Below, one piece after another: positions 14,938-15,392 of a stretch of DNA of 15,392 nucleotides. Each line of letters starts with the position of its first letter. Position 1 is the stretch's first letter. The notes below the pieces were generated by a model. The model was not told the DNA's origin and made no database searches. It saw only the letters and a program-made list of their open reading frames with translations. Position numbers and translations under genes: made by a program. Origin of the DNA: an uncultured Candidatus Rokubacteria bacterium. GTDB taxonomy: Bacteria; Methylomirabilota; Methylomirabilia; Rokubacteriales; DASRDR01. The stretch lies in contig CAVPSB010000008.1 of assembly GCA_963708025.1 (NCBI GenBank), forward strand, positions 1 through 15,392, in the 5' to 3' direction.

Positions 14938-15312
14938 ATGCTGAAGCGACGCGTACGGGTTGGGGCGGCCGCCCGTCGCCGGGTCGTCGCTGGCGGCCCC
15001 CGCGCCATCGGACGGCCCGCGGCGACCCGGGCCGAGTGGGCCGAGATCCGGATCCAGGTATTGGCTCGGGCGTCGTGGACCTGTCAGGCGTGCGGGGTCT
15101 GGGGCCGCCGCCTGGATGTGCACCATGTGATCAAGCGGGCCCGGGGCGGCTCCGACTTCGACCTCGACCAGCTGGTCGCGTTGTGCCGCGCCTGCCATGA
15201 GCAGACGGACGCCCCCTCCGACCGCGGGCGCCTGGTCGTCACACCGCTCGGGGGCGGGCAGTTCACGTGCGAGGTCGTGCAGCGGGCGGCGAAATGGGCG
15301 ACGCGATCGTGA
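14938..15312 (+). CDS. Small Zn-finger HNH endonuclease, second intact copy, 124 aa
   Basis: 7 nucleotide differences from 1749-2123 (4 synonymous; V->I, V->A, P->R); all Cys/His motifs retained. Confidence 0.88.
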   Translation: MLKRRVRVGAAARRRVVAGGPRAIGRPAATRAEWAEIRIQVLARASWTCQACGVWGRRLDVHHVIKRARGGSDFDLDQLVALCRACHEQTDAPSDRGRLVVTPLGGGQFTCEVVQRAAKWATRS

Positions 15313-15336
15313 CGTCGCCGGATCGGGTGGCGGCGG

Positions 15337-15354
15337 TTTGCCCATGTGGGCAAA
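15337..15354. repeat. 18-bp palindrome TTTGCCCATGTGGGCAAA (copy 4)
   Basis: Identical to 2148-2165; followed by the start of another degenerate HNH copy (AGGCTGAGGCGAC). Confidence 0.92.
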
Positions 15355-15392
15355 ACGGGGACCGAGGTAGACCGGGGCCAGGCTGAGGCGAC

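Larger units (their letters stand above)
14814..15392 (+). repeat. Direct repeat copy 2, running off the window edge
   Basis: Matches 1624-2203. Confidence 0.95.

Overview
Very GC-rich bacterial DNA (about 70% by eye) with two layers. (1) Positions 1-2546 are a phage/plasmid-like DNA-processing module: the end of a probable ssDNA-binding protein gene, a PD-(D/E)XK exonuclease, an unknown helical protein, a small Zn-finger HNH endonuclease and a decayed tandem HNH copy. Each HNH unit is preceded by the 18-bp palindrome TTTGCCCA(C/T)GTGGGCAAA. A ~580-bp piece (palindrome-HNH-palindrome-start of the decayed copy) recurs as a direct repeat at 14814-15392, joined to an inverted fragment of the upstream gene. 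(2) Between the repeats lie a frameshifted regulator pseudogene and an ~11-kb catabolic cluster: tautomerase-SnoaL fusion, ICL/PEP-mutase-family lyase, a Liv-type ABC transporter with a Tat-exported binding protein, an isochorismatase-family amidohydrolase, two PuuE-like CE4 hydrolases and a non-canonical LeuC/LeuD pair whose small subunit starts with ACG. The enzyme set suggests a cyclic imide -> maleamate -> maleate -> malate -> C-C cleavage route (inference). No rRNA, tRNA, CRISPR array, integrase or transposase was seen. All family calls come from motif recognition by eye, not from database searches.
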